Source: a virus
Direction: 5' to 3' (one strand)
IMG/VR virus record: IMGVR_UViG_3300045988_105026
Span: 1 to 55,816 of that record
Length of the DNA stretch: 55,816 nt
A model generated the notes under the pieces. The model did not search any database and was not told where the DNA came from. It worked only from the letters and a program-made list of their open reading frames with translations. Positions 41,093-51,062 of the stretch are shown in pieces. Numbering within the stretch: the first letter of the stretch is position 1; every line of letters begins with the position of its first letter. A program made the position numbers and the translations under genes.

Positions 41093-41659
41093 CTATCCAA
41101 TTAATGCATCCAAAGCGTCTTTTTCTGCTTGACTACGCTTATTTTTACGCTTCTTTAAATCAATGATATCTTTGTTCTCATTATAGAAAGTACGCTCCCA
41201 CTTCTCTAATTTTTTATGTTTTGCTTTCTTTTCTCTAATACGAACTACTGTGGAAAACATACCTTCCCCAATTTCATTGAATAAACCAATAAATGTCCAC
41301 CAGTGCATGTATTTAACATCTCTTACCTCATATCCAGCAATTTTATTGATAGCTGAAAAAATAATCTGCTCATCCTGTTCCCAATCATATAATTGTGGTC
41401 TCATAGATTGATTCCGTGATGATTGTTCTGATTGAATCTGACCACCATCTAAGAACCATAAAGCTTTTTCATATGCTGTGCCAGTTGATTTGGGTATCTT
41501 ATCCTTAAAAAGAATTGAAAGAACCACCATCATTTTTTCCATGTCTGTAAGTTCATTATCCATACATGCCTGCATGATAACTAAGATATCTCTATAATCT
41601 GTGCGAATTTCATAATCAATATTATCAACTTTCAATGTTGTTGGTAATTTACCAATCAT
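41093..41659 (-). CDS. Gp15-family tail assembly protein
   Basis: LPTTLKVDNIDYEIRTDYRDILVIMQA...ELTDMEK resembles the phage Gp15 family N-terminus. Confidence 0.55.
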   Translation of the reverse strand: MIGKLPTTLKVDNIDYEIRTDYRDILVIMQACMDNELTDMEKMMVVLSILFKDKIPKSTGTAYEKALWFLDGGQIQSEQSSRNQSMRPQLYDWEQDEQIIFSAINKIAGYEVRDVKYMHWWTFIGLFNEIGEGMFSTVVRIREKKAKHKKLEKWERTFYNENKDIIDLKKRKNKRSQAEKDALDALIG

Positions 41660-41660
41660 A

Positions 41661-42086
41661 TTACTCTACCTGCTTTGTATATTTTTCAATGTGTTTCATG
41701 CTCTTCTTAAACTCAGCTTCTGCCTCTTTCTGAATTATTGGCATGAAAGCTAATAAGAATCTTTCAACAAATGTTACACCCTTATATGATGATAAGGCAC
41801 TCTGATTTCCGAATACAACTTTACTTGCATTTTCATCATCAAAAAGGGTGTTAATTTCACTCTTAATAAGTTTGTCCACCTTATCGAACTCATTTACTAT
41901 ATTAACTTCATTTTCGTTGATACTTGTAAGCTCTTTGATATACTCTTTAATGTGTTCCTGCATTGCTTGAGCACGAGGATATAAATTAATGTCTGAAGGA
42001 TTGAATGAGATTTGTCCTCTTACATTTCCATTCTCATCTTCTATATCGTATGTCTTTAATCCTGTTTCAATTTTAATTCCTGCCAT
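41661..42086 (-). CDS. Tail assembly chaperone candidate
   Basis: Position between the major tail and Gp15-like / tape measure genes. Confidence 0.45.
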   Translation of the reverse strand: MAGIKIETGLKTYDIEDENGNVRGQISFNPSDINLYPRAQAMQEHIKEYIKELTSINENEVNIVNEFDKVDKLIKSEINTLFDDENASKVVFGNQSALSSYKGVTFVERFLLAFMPIIQKEAEAEFKKSMKHIEKYTKQVE

Positions 42087-42100
42087 AATTTTTCTCCTTA

Positions 42101-42138
42101 TAAAAAATAGGATAAGGATAAATTAATACCCTTATCCT
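42101..42138 (-). terminator. Intrinsic terminator downstream of the major tail gene
   Basis: Minus strand AGGATAAGG-loop-CCTTATCCT followed by ATTTTTTAT. Confidence 0.6.
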
Positions 42139-42207
42139 TGTATCTAATCAATAATGGTTTTATGTTCATCGTCTAACGACTGTGAATTTATATCGCTAGT
42201 CCCCTGA

Positions 42208-42693
42208 CTAGCCTTTTTTGGGTGTGAATGTAGGTACACCACTAGCAATAGTTACTGTACCTTCTTTTCTGTTTCCATCAAAAAGTACATCAAATGGAAT
42301 TGATACTCCTGATGTATCACCACCATAAGACTGTGGCTTAACGATAACATCTTCTACCCATGCCTGGTGAGTGGTTTCCTCTGTATCCTTAATAATAACT
42401 TCAAGAATCTGAGTTTTACACTTATCACCTTTAAGTCTATTCATAGCAATATTTACAAGCTTATCATAAATGCTATCGTCTGGATTAGCATAGTATGGGT
42501 CAGCTGACATGCTAGGCTCATAACCATTATCTTTTACTGTTGTTTCTCCTAAAATATTCTTAGTGGTTTCTGTGTCAGGATTTAGTTCTACTGACATATC
42601 GTCAATGTCTTTTCCTATAAGAAACCATGTTGCAGTGCCAGTTCCAAAAGAACTATCAATGTAGTGCATTAACGCTTCTCGTGCTAATTTCAT
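42208..42693 (-). CDS. Major tail protein
   Basis: 161 aa. Position upstream of the chaperones and tape measure, and followed by a terminator. Confidence 0.6.
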   Translation of the reverse strand: MKLAREALMHYIDSSFGTGTATWFLIGKDIDDMSVELNPDTETTKNILGETTVKDNGYEPSMSADPYYANPDDSIYDKLVNIAMNRLKGDKCKTQILEVIIKDTEETTHQAWVEDVIVKPQSYGGDTSGVSIPFDVLFDGNRKEGTVTIASGVPTFTPKKG

Positions 42694-42695
42694 TT

Positions 42696-43127
42696 TTATT
42701 CCTTCCTTTCTGTATATGTTATTTTTACCTGAAATTGATATTTAGATAGTTGATTGGTTGTATCAACTAATAATGCTGGGGCATTTGTAAGTACTTCTAT
42801 TTTTTCTATGTTACACTTTTCTCCGAAATCTGGTCCGGAGTCAATTGATTGTTTATCAATCCATTCAGAAAAATTCTGAACCTCATCTAGTGCTTCCATA
42901 TTTACATCGCTAGTACCTGAATTATCATAGCTTGTAATCATGTCTATAGCAAATGCAAGTTCTTTCTTCATTGAACCATCAATAAATTTCTGTACTATAC
43001 GAACTCCAGGTACACTATTCATTGTTACTGCGCCTACAAACATTGGTGTAGCGTTAAAATACATCCAATGTCCTAAAGGCTCATAATTTTCAGTCAACCA
43101 TTGATTTACTTGCCTATAAAGATTCAT
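42696..43127 (-). CDS. Neck / tail terminator-type protein
   Basis: Synteny only: last small gene before the major tail gene. Confidence 0.4.
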   Translation of the reverse strand: MNLYRQVNQWLTENYEPLGHWMYFNATPMFVGAVTMNSVPGVRIVQKFIDGSMKKELAFAIDMITSYDNSGTSDVNMEALDEVQNFSEWIDKQSIDSGPDFGEKCNIEKIEVLTNAPALLVDTTNQLSKYQFQVKITYTERKE

Positions 43128-43129
43128 AA

Positions 43130-43570
43130 TTAAACATTTCTCCTTATATATTCAGATACGCTTTGAGCAACGATATTTTTATACATCTCAAAAGCAGGAA
43201 CTTCCCAATGACTCGTTGCAAGTGGATTTTGTTCTTTGCTATAATTAAGAGGTATATTTGTTGGAACTTTAGGTACACCAGGTCTACTCCAGAATCCATA
43301 ATCTTTATCATAGAAAGCACCTTTGCCTGTTATAGGGTCAACATACAATTTTCCTTCCCATTGATAATGAGCATAAGGTGAATTATATGTGACTTTGAAT
43401 GGGTCTATTGTAATATTACTAGCTAATATACCTTCTTGCATTGGGGTATATTTTGCAAAATATCTTGACCATTCACTAGCCAAGAATTTTCCTATTTTAT
43501 CAGATTCAGCTAATCTGTGAACTGTAGCAGGTGGATTATAAAGTTTGATAGTAACCTTAGCATTACTCAT
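43130..43570 (-). CDS. Neck / tail completion-type protein
   Basis: Synteny only. Confidence 0.4.
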   Translation of the reverse strand: MSNAKVTIKLYNPPATVHRLAESDKIGKFLASEWSRYFAKYTPMQEGILASNITIDPFKVTYNSPYAHYQWEGKLYVDPITGKGAFYDKDYGFWSRPGVPKVPTNIPLNYSKEQNPLATSHWEVPAFEMYKNIVAQSVSEYIRRNV

Positions 43571-43980
43571 TATACACCACTCACTTTCAATCTAATAGTT
43601 GCTCCATATTTTTTAGGCACTTCTATTATACTTCTTACTTCACACACCATGCCTTTATGCTTATTCTTAAGCTGTATAATGCTATTTGGCAGAAAATCTT
43701 CGTTTATTTCCTTTAAAAATATATAATCTCCTTGTGACAAAGTATAATAAGAATCTTTATTTTCAAGATTTTTCCATTCATCATAAGGTTTATACTTATC
43801 ATCAAAAGGGATTAAAATGGTGAATGCTTGACCCATACTAACTTGTGTTCCATTAACATCCGTAACACGCTCAATGCTATACTGAATATTATGCAAGAAG
43901 CATTTATACCAAACATCAAGACCTGTTATACTGTCAGTTTTAGCTAATCTATTAGCTATTGTTATTGTTAGTGCATCCAT
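43570..43980 (-). CDS. Head closure / neck protein
   Basis: Synteny only. TAATG coupling. Confidence 0.4.
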   Translation of the reverse strand: MDALTITIANRLAKTDSITGLDVWYKCFLHNIQYSIERVTDVNGTQVSMGQAFTILIPFDDKYKPYDEWKNLENKDSYYTLSQGDYIFLKEINEDFLPNSIIQLKNKHKGMVCEVRSIIEVPKKYGATIRLKVSGV

Positions 43981-44339
43981 TGTTTTCTACCTCTGTAAAG
44001 TAATTCGGGATACTCCCATAAGTATTCATTAACTAATTGAATAATCTGTGTATCTATAACACTTTTTCCTTCATTGTTCGTTGCACTATAACCAAAACTT
44101 TCAATGCCATTAGAATAGCTGGTTAGATTCTGTGCTTGGTCTATATTCATCTGCTCCCAAAAATTTGTATTCAATCTAAAACAAAGATTAACTACTGCTT
44201 CTGGGATGATGTCTAATTTTCTGATTCTGCCATTTGTCAGATAATCTAACTTTGCTTCAACTTCAATTTCATGTTGATTAAAGGCGGTTTCATTGAGTGT
44301 ACCACCTAACTCTTTATATTTGTTATAATCAAGATACAT
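43968..44339 (-). CDS. Head-tail connector protein
   Basis: Synteny downstream of the capsid gene. Confidence 0.4.
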   Translation of the reverse strand: MYLDYNKYKELGGTLNETAFNQHEIEVEAKLDYLTNGRIRKLDIIPEAVVNLCFRLNTNFWEQMNIDQAQNLTSYSNGIESFGYSATNNEGKSVIDTQIIQLVNEYLWEYPELLYRGRKQWMH

Positions 44340-44356
44340 TCAATTCCACCGCCTTT

Positions 44357-44557
44357 CTATGCTTCTATTTTAGTAGACTTTCGTCCTCGTTTTGGCTTTA
44401 TTTCTTTCTGCAAAGTTTCAGTTTCATTCTTAATTGTTTCAGTGTCTATAGGTTTATGTTCTTCAACATATTCAACAGCACCATGATTAAGATGCTGTTG
44501 AATAACCATATCATTATCACTATTAAGAATTACTCCTGTAGGTAAGAGTAATTGCAT
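44357..44557 (-). CDS. Small hypothetical head-module protein
   Basis: AAAGGAG RBS. 66 aa. Confidence 0.4.
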   Translation of the reverse strand: MQLLLPTGVILNSDNDMVIQQHLNHGAVEYVEEHKPIDTETIKNETETLQKEIKPKRGRKSTKIEA

Positions 44558-44570
44558 AATTTACACTCCT

Positions 44571-45695
44571 TTATTCCTCAGTGTTAGACTGTACCTGTGT
44601 CTTTCCTGCACGTACAACAGTGCTTCCAGTTGCTTCAATTTCTACAACGGCAATCTCGTCATTGTCTGTTGCAGTGATTTCGGCTGTACCATTCCAATCA
44701 GTGTAATCAGTTACTTTACCACCAATCTTTGGTAAGTCTACTGTCTTAGCTGTCTTATACTTATAAGTATTAGTACCTGACTTAGCAGGACTTACGCTGA
44801 TTTTGGTTTTTCCATTTGCAGAACCTTTAGATGATGTTACTACAATCACACCCTTTGGTGCATAATAGAGAATAGTCTCCGGGGTAACACATTTAGTTCC
44901 ATAATAGAAGAAAAGCTCAACAGCATATGCATTGGACATTGGAATCTTCTCTGCTGAATATGGGTTAGACATAATTGGCTGAGCTACTGAGCCATCAACC
45001 TGCACGATAAATTCTACATTCTCTGGCATATTGATTGTTGACATAAATCTAACACCATGAAATGTTGTAAATTCCTCTGCCGCTGTATTAACGTTAGCGT
45101 TATTAACATTCTCATCCAAGTACTTTCTCATCTGACTATATACAGCTGGTGTAACCTGAACTGATAACATATTTCTAGGAATACCCTGAATGTAATCATT
45201 CTTGAGTGTCTCAAGTGTTACAATGCCTTCCTCAATAATATCCTGAATAGCAGTGGTTCCTGATGATGGTGTGAACTGTGTACCTGAATTTACACACTCA
45301 CGAAAAAACTCCTCATCTAACTCATTAGCCATCTGCATTGCATGATTAGCACTTCTACGAGTGATGAGTCCATCTACACCTAAAAGTGAGATATCTTTCT
45401 GCTCAATCTCTTCTACGAACTCCTTATCTCTATCAATAGGAATTGTTACTGTAGCTCCCTTTACTTTCTCTCCTTCTCCGCCTCTACGTGCTGTACCGTA
45501 GTCTTTAGATTTTGCATTTGCAAATCTCTTTGCTTCTACTGTTCCTGCAGTTGGGTCTCCAGATAAGTCCTGATTCTTAATCTGTCCTGAAATAGTAGAC
45601 TTCTGTACATTCTCAAGTACTCCGTCATATGCTTCCGATAAAAGCATCTTTCCCTGTGGGTCAAGTAATACCGATAATGATTCAATTCTTGGCAT
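44571..45695 (-). CDS. Major capsid protein with a C-terminal Ig-like domain
   Basis: 374 aa following the scaffold gene. The C-terminal beta-rich VTSSKGSANGKTKISV...TYKYKT... segment is Ig-like. Confidence 0.7.
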   Translation of the reverse strand: MPRIESLSVLLDPQGKMLLSEAYDGVLENVQKSTISGQIKNQDLSGDPTAGTVEAKRFANAKSKDYGTARRGGEGEKVKGATVTIPIDRDKEFVEEIEQKDISLLGVDGLITRRSANHAMQMANELDEEFFRECVNSGTQFTPSSGTTAIQDIIEEGIVTLETLKNDYIQGIPRNMLSVQVTPAVYSQMRKYLDENVNNANVNTAAEEFTTFHGVRFMSTINMPENVEFIVQVDGSVAQPIMSNPYSAEKIPMSNAYAVELFFYYGTKCVTPETILYYAPKGVIVVTSSKGSANGKTKISVSPAKSGTNTYKYKTAKTVDLPKIGGKVTDYTDWNGTAEITATDNDEIAVVEIEATGSTVVRAGKTQVQSNTEE

Positions 45696-45716
45696 AAGTT
45701 TTCTCCTTCCTTATAA

Positions 45717-46358
45717 CTACCATATAATTGGTCTTTCTTTTGGTGTTGGCTCAGGCTGTGGGTCTGTTTTATCACCCGGATTTGTTTTGGCACTAAAAGA
45801 TGGTTTTGGTTCATCATTTTTAGGGCTTGGGTTCTCTGCGATAAATGCTCCAGCATCCTGCTCCTTGTATGCACTTACAAAATCATCAAATCCTAAGATT
45901 TTTCCATTCTCCATTGATAACTTTTTAGCTTTCAAGTCGGACATAAATGCTTTCTTTGCTGAATTAGAAGAAAATTTAAGTTTAGATGAATTTTCCTTAA
46001 TAGCAAAGTCATACGCCTGCTCAGCTAACTGATTCTCATAATCTGCCTTAGCAGTGTTATAAGTTGTCTGCAGAGTATTAAAATTAGCTTGTAAGGTGGC
46101 TAACTTCTCTGCATCTCCACCAGCCTCCTTCAGCTGTGTCTGTAAACTAACTAAATCAGCATCTCTTTGAGCTATATCAGTATCATATTTTGTCTGAATA
46201 GTATCTCTCTCTGTCTCTGCTTTGCTTAGCTTAGTTCGTAAGGTATCAACCTCACTCACTGTCTTGTAATTCTCCAAAACTTCCTTGTCAAAAGCTTCTT
46301 TCTTATCCTCAGGAATTTCAATTCCATAAGATTTAAGAATTTCGTAAATGTTTTTCAT
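45717..46358 (-). CDS. Scaffolding protein
   Basis: Helical, charged, coiled-coil composition. Position between the head-morphogenesis and capsid genes. Confidence 0.7.
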   Translation of the reverse strand: MKNIYEILKSYGIEIPEDKKEAFDKEVLENYKTVSEVDTLRTKLSKAETERDTIQTKYDTDIAQRDADLVSLQTQLKEAGGDAEKLATLQANFNTLQTTYNTAKADYENQLAEQAYDFAIKENSSKLKFSSNSAKKAFMSDLKAKKLSMENGKILGFDDFVSAYKEQDAGAFIAENPSPKNDEPKPSFSAKTNPGDKTDPQPEPTPKERPIIW

Positions 46359-46429
46359 GTTTTATTGCTCCTTTTCAACTAAAATATTGTTATAGACCAC
46401 TTTCTGGTCTGTGGTTTACTTCATATTGT

Positions 46430-46458
46430 ATTATACACAAGTTATCAACATTTGTAAA
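46430..46458 (-). promoter_or_regulatory. Candidate class II promoter of the scaffold/capsid operon (TTTACA-17-TATAAT)
   Basis: Exact hexamers and spacing. The spacer contains a TGTTGATAA box. Confidence 0.45.
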
Positions 46459-46494
46459 GTAGTTATTCACAAGTTATACACATAGTTATAAACA
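46431..46494. repeat. Array of five direct DnaA-box-like 9-mers (TTATNCACA / TTATCAACA type)
   Basis: TTATACACA 46431, TTATCAACA 46442, TTATTCACA 46463, TTATACACA 46474, TTATAAACA 46486. Confidence 0.7.
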
Positions 46495-46501
46495 ATTAAC
46501 C

Positions 46502-46535
46502 AAAATAAAAAGTTATCAACATATTGTTGATAACT
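46502..46535 (-). terminator. Intrinsic terminator after the head-morphogenesis gene
   Basis: Minus strand AGTTATCAACA-ATA-TGTTGATAACT followed by TTTTTATTTT. Same stem sequence as terminator 4154-4187. Confidence 0.7.
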
Positions 46536-46541
46536 TGTTGA

Positions 46542-47708
46542 TTATACGCTTAATTTAATTGACTTAGGTTTTACTTGCTTTCCTGTATATCCAGGCACAT
46601 AAGTTCTATCCATCTTGGGTGCTAGTCCAGCTTGTTGTGATATAGAATTATACTGTGACTGTAATTGATTTATATTGTTTTTTATCTTCTCAGCCATTTC
46701 TGTATCACCCATTGTATCTGCAAATATATATTTATCTTTTTCCTTTCTAATCGTTGTCTCCATATTTCGCTGAGCTTGTGTAGCCTGATACTTTGTCATT
46801 TCTCTTCCATTAATATTTACCGGTTTTTCACTATTCTCTTTATACTGTTTAAGCTCTTTATCAGTATAAGTTGGTTTGGATACACCCAATATTATTGGAA
46901 ATGTATAATGCTTGCAATTACAAGTAGATATATGACGCCTTAATTCTTCATTTCGTAGTTCAAATTCTTTTTTGCTAAACTGCTTTCCCTGTATATCTAT
47001 ATGGTCTCTTGCACACAAGGCATGAGCTGATACTTGTACCCCATCTGCACCAAACTCTTCCCCAGTTTTTTCTCTGATGCCATTATTAACTCGTCTAACT
47101 CCTTCCAATACATTCATTCTAACCGCACTGTCTAATCTTCGTGTTACCCCACTTGCATATGTGACTTTTAATCCTTCATCTGCATATCTTAAATTAGATG
47201 GCAGTGTAGTATCTGTTAATTGTTTCCGTATGATGTTATTATAAGAGTCTATACCATTTGTGACAGCATCAATAGCTACATCAACAAGGTTTCTATAAGG
47301 CTCAAATATAACAGTCGTATTAGACATATTCATAAATGTATTATGTGTTAGACTTTGCACGCTTCTAATATAGTTCATCATATTTTGATTTTGTCTAAGT
47401 GGTATCTGTATTCTGTTGTGAGCAACATATAGTTCATATGCATCTTTATATACTGATAACCCGCTTAGTTCTAATACTTTATCAAGCTCATCTAATGTCT
47501 TTCCTGTTTCCTGAACTAACAGATATTCAATCGAGTCAATGTTTTGTTGCATCTTAGACATTTGCTGTAATCTAAAAAGGTTAGAAGGAGATAGTTTTCC
47601 TATCTCCTTTATCTGTTTTGCCATTAACTTGATATAATGTGTATTTATAGCATCAAATCGGGCGGATACGATATAAGCATAATCTGTTAAATCTGATTCA
47701 CTAATCAT
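46542..47708 (-). CDS. Head morphogenesis protein (SPP1 gp7 / Mu F-like)
   Basis: Follows the portal gene with TAATG coupling. HISTCNCKH resembles the conserved H.NCRC element of the family. Confidence 0.65.
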   Translation of the reverse strand: MISESDLTDYAYIVSARFDAINTHYIKLMAKQIKEIGKLSPSNLFRLQQMSKMQQNIDSIEYLLVQETGKTLDELDKVLELSGLSVYKDAYELYVAHNRIQIPLRQNQNMMNYIRSVQSLTHNTFMNMSNTTVIFEPYRNLVDVAIDAVTNGIDSYNNIIRKQLTDTTLPSNLRYADEGLKVTYASGVTRRLDSAVRMNVLEGVRRVNNGIREKTGEEFGADGVQVSAHALCARDHIDIQGKQFSKKEFELRNEELRRHISTCNCKHYTFPIILGVSKPTYTDKELKQYKENSEKPVNINGREMTKYQATQAQRNMETTIRKEKDKYIFADTMGDTEMAEKIKNNINQLQSQYNSISQQAGLAPKMDRTYVPGYTGKQVKPKSIKLSV

Positions 47709-49282
47709 TAGCTGTTATCTCCTTCATTACTCGTAGGTTCAGTGTTATTGTTATCTTGATTATTTTCCAAACTAGCTTCAGGCACTTGAGAGAATAAATC
47801 ATTTAATTGCCGTTGCTGTTGTTCCTGTTGCATTTTATCAATAGCCAATTGAGCAGTTGTTATAGACTCTCCTGTGTACCATGCTCTTACTTCTGCTTTG
47901 CTTAAAATACCTGCTTGTTCCAATGTAAGTTTCTGCTCAAGCTCTGTATCAGTATCAGTAAGTATGCTATCCTTCCAATCAATTTTGGTTTCATAATCAC
48001 CATCTGCGAAAAGCCCATATAAGTCAACAAATACATTCATAGCACTTATGGTATCTAATATGGCACTTTCCAATGCTTCTTGCATAGCTGTAACAGTGAT
48101 GTAAGTTCTTTGCTTCATTAATTTGATTTCTGTAGCTGTCTTAGCATCACTATTTGGGTCTGATATAGTGCCTCTTGCAAGTCCTATAACATCCTCAATT
48201 ATGCACTTATAATTATTAAGTCCCTGAATATAATTATTATCTCTTAAAGCTGGAGCCCACTGGTTATATGTTTCATCTGAACCTAAGTCAAGCTTTCTAT
48301 ATAATCTATTCTTACATTGGTCTAACTCCATTTGTGTACCATAATAATTAGTTGAATATGTAACAGCCGTAGGGTCTACATCAACTGCAAGCTGTCCACC
48401 TTCATATTCCCAGTCAAGTCTTGAAAACTGATTATCTGCTCTTTCTATAATGCCTACTGCAGGACTAAATAGTGATATACCTAATGGGCTGTCAAAATCT
48501 ATATTATTTGCAATAGGTACTTTAAAAAATCCATATAATGGTTTATCTACATTTTCAATAGTAACTGGCTCTTGTGATATTGTAGCCCATCTATCCACAT
48601 CAGTTAATGGAATTTCCTTACCTAACTCCTGCTCCTCATTATCATCTGACTGTACCAATTTAGCTTTAAATGCTTTATTCTCAATAACAATCTTATTTTC
48701 TGTTTGAGAAAATGTCTGTCTCTCTACCTTTGTATACACATATTCTCCGGAAACAAATTGGTCATAAAATGCTATATCCGTGATATTTCCATCATCATCA
48801 AAAGCTATAGGTAGGAAATCTCCTTGGAAACTAAAATCAAAGTATATTTGATTATTTGATATATAAGGCTTTATAATCATGCCACCTAATGCAAGAGCTT
48901 TTTCTACTGCTTGAGGTAATTTCTTAATAAGCTTCTTTTTATAAGCATCGTTTAGAAACTGTGCTCTTGTTGTTATTTCCTCAGATTTATCTTCATCCAC
49001 ATTTTCATCCATTCCTGGGTCAGTTATTCTCGTTTCAAGCTCAGATAACATCTGCTGTTGAAATGAATTGCATAGCTGTTTAGCTAAACCTAATGAATAT
49101 ATGCCTTTATCTTCATCAAGCCAAGGGCTTTGGTCTTTGTACATCTGTTTCCATAAAGTAAAGGCATCTGACATAGATGTGGATACTGTTGTCTCTTCTA
49201 TGTCTATTGCTTTTGTGATTGAAGTGTACCCCAACATCTTGTCGATTGCTTGTTGTATTAATCTCAGTAATTTTTTTATCAT
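47708..49282 (-). CDS. Portal protein
   Basis: 524 aa, between the large terminase and head-morphogenesis genes. Acidic C-terminus. Confidence 0.7.
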   Translation of the reverse strand: MIKKLLRLIQQAIDKMLGYTSITKAIDIEETTVSTSMSDAFTLWKQMYKDQSPWLDEDKGIYSLGLAKQLCNSFQQQMLSELETRITDPGMDENVDEDKSEEITTRAQFLNDAYKKKLIKKLPQAVEKALALGGMIIKPYISNNQIYFDFSFQGDFLPIAFDDDGNITDIAFYDQFVSGEYVYTKVERQTFSQTENKIVIENKAFKAKLVQSDDNEEQELGKEIPLTDVDRWATISQEPVTIENVDKPLYGFFKVPIANNIDFDSPLGISLFSPAVGIIERADNQFSRLDWEYEGGQLAVDVDPTAVTYSTNYYGTQMELDQCKNRLYRKLDLGSDETYNQWAPALRDNNYIQGLNNYKCIIEDVIGLARGTISDPNSDAKTATEIKLMKQRTYITVTAMQEALESAILDTISAMNVFVDLYGLFADGDYETKIDWKDSILTDTDTELEQKLTLEQAGILSKAEVRAWYTGESITTAQLAIDKMQQEQQQRQLNDLFSQVPEASLENNQDNNNTEPTSNEGDNS

Positions 49283-49363
49283 GTTTTATTCTCCTTTCAT
49301 ATTTAGTGAGATTTACTATTATAATTATAAATGTTGATAAATAATAACACAATAAAAAGTTTA

Positions 49364-50623
49364 TTATTTGCCTCGTCTCTTCCATACTTGCTCCATAGCA
49401 TATCTTGTCATATCTATACTATGATTATCTTTATCCGGATAATTAGAAGTCGGGTTTCCATCTTTGTCCAGTTCATATTCATACTTCTTAAATTCATCAG
49501 AAGTGTTAGGACAACGAACTGGGTCTATTACTATCTTGATTAATGATTGTAACCACTTCATTCCATATCTTACGCTATCTGGACCTTTCTCTGCTCCTCG
49601 TGCATTAATTCCATAGCTTCTATAATCTGCCACTGACTTTTGCTCAGCACTATCACAAGTTACAACATCAAATCTTCCTAAATGGAAATCATCCAATAAC
49701 ACTTGAGCAGTATCTTTATTCTTCATCTTATTAGCTCTGAACTCTTCAAAGATATATAAAGTCATTCTTGCACTGTCGTAATACATGCATCCATAATGGA
49801 ATGGGTCAGGATACCAACCCCAGTCAACTCCTCTGTATAGTTTATCCCATTTAGCAATTTCTTTATCAGTAATCTGTCTAATTTCAAGATTATCAAATAC
49901 TTCTGTTCCGTTTCCAATCGGTATACCTAAATACTCATGCTTATATGCTTTAGGATTTACTTGTTTGAGCCATTCAGCATCATCCAGAAACTGCTGTCCT
50001 AACCATTCAGGTGGAGCTTGTAAATAAGTAGTTTCAGATACAATAGTATCAGTTCTTAGCTTTTCTTTTTCTATATAATCATTAGCCCAGTTCTGTCTTG
50101 ATTTAGGTGGGTTCATAGATTTGAATACTAAAAAGTCATTACCACCTCGAATTACTGACTGCTGAACTTTTCTTATTTCTTCATCACCTGCGAACTCGTC
50201 AAACTCCTCGAACCATAAATAACCTATATATCCAAAAGGTACTTTGATGGATTTAGACTTCTGAGCTTTATCTAAGCCCTTAAATATAATTCTCTGACCA
50301 GTTCGCAGATATTCAGCTCTCATTGGAGATTTAGTAAGTTTCCAGTCACTTGATACACCTAATTTATCAATAGCCCATTCAATCTGAGCATATACAGAAG
50401 TCTCAAGTGTATCACCGACTCTTCTATATACGACTGCGTGCTTCTCTTCATTTTCCTTTTTCATCATATTAAGGACTATTTCTATGGATATAAATGAGGA
50501 CTTCAAGGAACCTCGCCCACCGGTCAAGTCATAGTATGTATGCTTATGATTTTTTATATCATTGTGAATAGTATAGAAAGCTGGACCTATGCAGTTAATA
50601 AGTGATGTTTTCTTACTCTTCAT
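49364..50623 (-). CDS. terL: Terminase large subunit
   Basis: YDLTGGRGSLKSS Walker A-like, LWFEEFDEF Walker B-like, and C-terminal nuclease Asp residues. Start at MKSKK. Confidence 0.85.
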   Translation of the reverse strand: MKSKKTSLINCIGPAFYTIHNDIKNHKHTYYDLTGGRGSLKSSFISIEIVLNMMKKENEEKHAVVYRRVGDTLETSVYAQIEWAIDKLGVSSDWKLTKSPMRAEYLRTGQRIIFKGLDKAQKSKSIKVPFGYIGYLWFEEFDEFAGDEEIRKVQQSVIRGGNDFLVFKSMNPPKSRQNWANDYIEKEKLRTDTIVSETTYLQAPPEWLGQQFLDDAEWLKQVNPKAYKHEYLGIPIGNGTEVFDNLEIRQITDKEIAKWDKLYRGVDWGWYPDPFHYGCMYYDSARMTLYIFEEFRANKMKNKDTAQVLLDDFHLGRFDVVTCDSAEQKSVADYRSYGINARGAEKGPDSVRYGMKWLQSLIKIVIDPVRCPNTSDEFKKYEYELDKDGNPTSNYPDKDNHSIDMTRYAMEQVWKRRGK

Positions 50624-51062
50624 TATCTTCCTCTTCCAACTCAGCATCATCCGGAATATCATCAACTATAAGAACTCTTGCATCTACATTGATATTCTTA
50701 GATTGTACGTCTAATCTACGTGCCAGCTCAGATGCGGCTCGTGTTCTGTCCTGTACAGATACATCCATATCGAATTGGTCTTTCTGCTCACCTCTCATTA
50801 CAGAAGTAAGGTATTCCATGACTTCCTGAATGTCTGCAATTCGATTTGACTGTAATCTTTCATTGATAGCATTGATGTATCTCCTTACGTTAATTTGTTT
50901 TAACAGCCTACATCCTTGTGGTCCTGCTGTCTTTGCACTATATCCTGCACTAATTGCTGATTGTGTTATATTGTTTGTTTTCATATATTCTTGTACGAAA
51001 ACTATTTGTCTACTATTTAATAACTTCTTTGCTTCTATTTCTTTATCTGTTTCTTTAATCAA
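50613..51062 (-). CDS. terS: Terminase small subunit
   Basis: LNSRQIVFVQEYMKTNNITQSAISAGYSAKTA HTH typical of small terminases. Apparent TTG start. Confidence 0.8.
   Translation of the reverse strand: MIKETDKEIEAKKLLNSRQIVFVQEYMKTNNITQSAISAGYSAKTAGPQGCRLLKQINVRRYINAINERLQSNRIADIQEVMEYLTSVMRGEQKDQFDMDVSVQDRTRAASELARRLDVQSKNINVDARVLIVDDIPDDAELEEEDNEE

Noticed and set aside
41657-41663. Programmed -1 frameshift between the two tail assembly chaperone genes
   Set aside because: The two ORFs are separated by a stop, one nucleotide and a normal ATG (GAG TAA T ATG). There is no overlap and no slippery heptamer, so there is no sequence support for a G/GT-type frameshift here.
45536-45874. Minus-strand ORFs that overlap better genes out of frame (45536-45874, 16818-17015, 19881-20069, 30140-30334, 1340-1525, 31687-31893, 49116-49385)
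   Set aside because: They are embedded in or straddle well-supported genes (capsid/scaffold, polA, primase, the Cys-rich protein, the HEG, the lysis genes, portal/terL). They have no RBS and no recognisable motifs.
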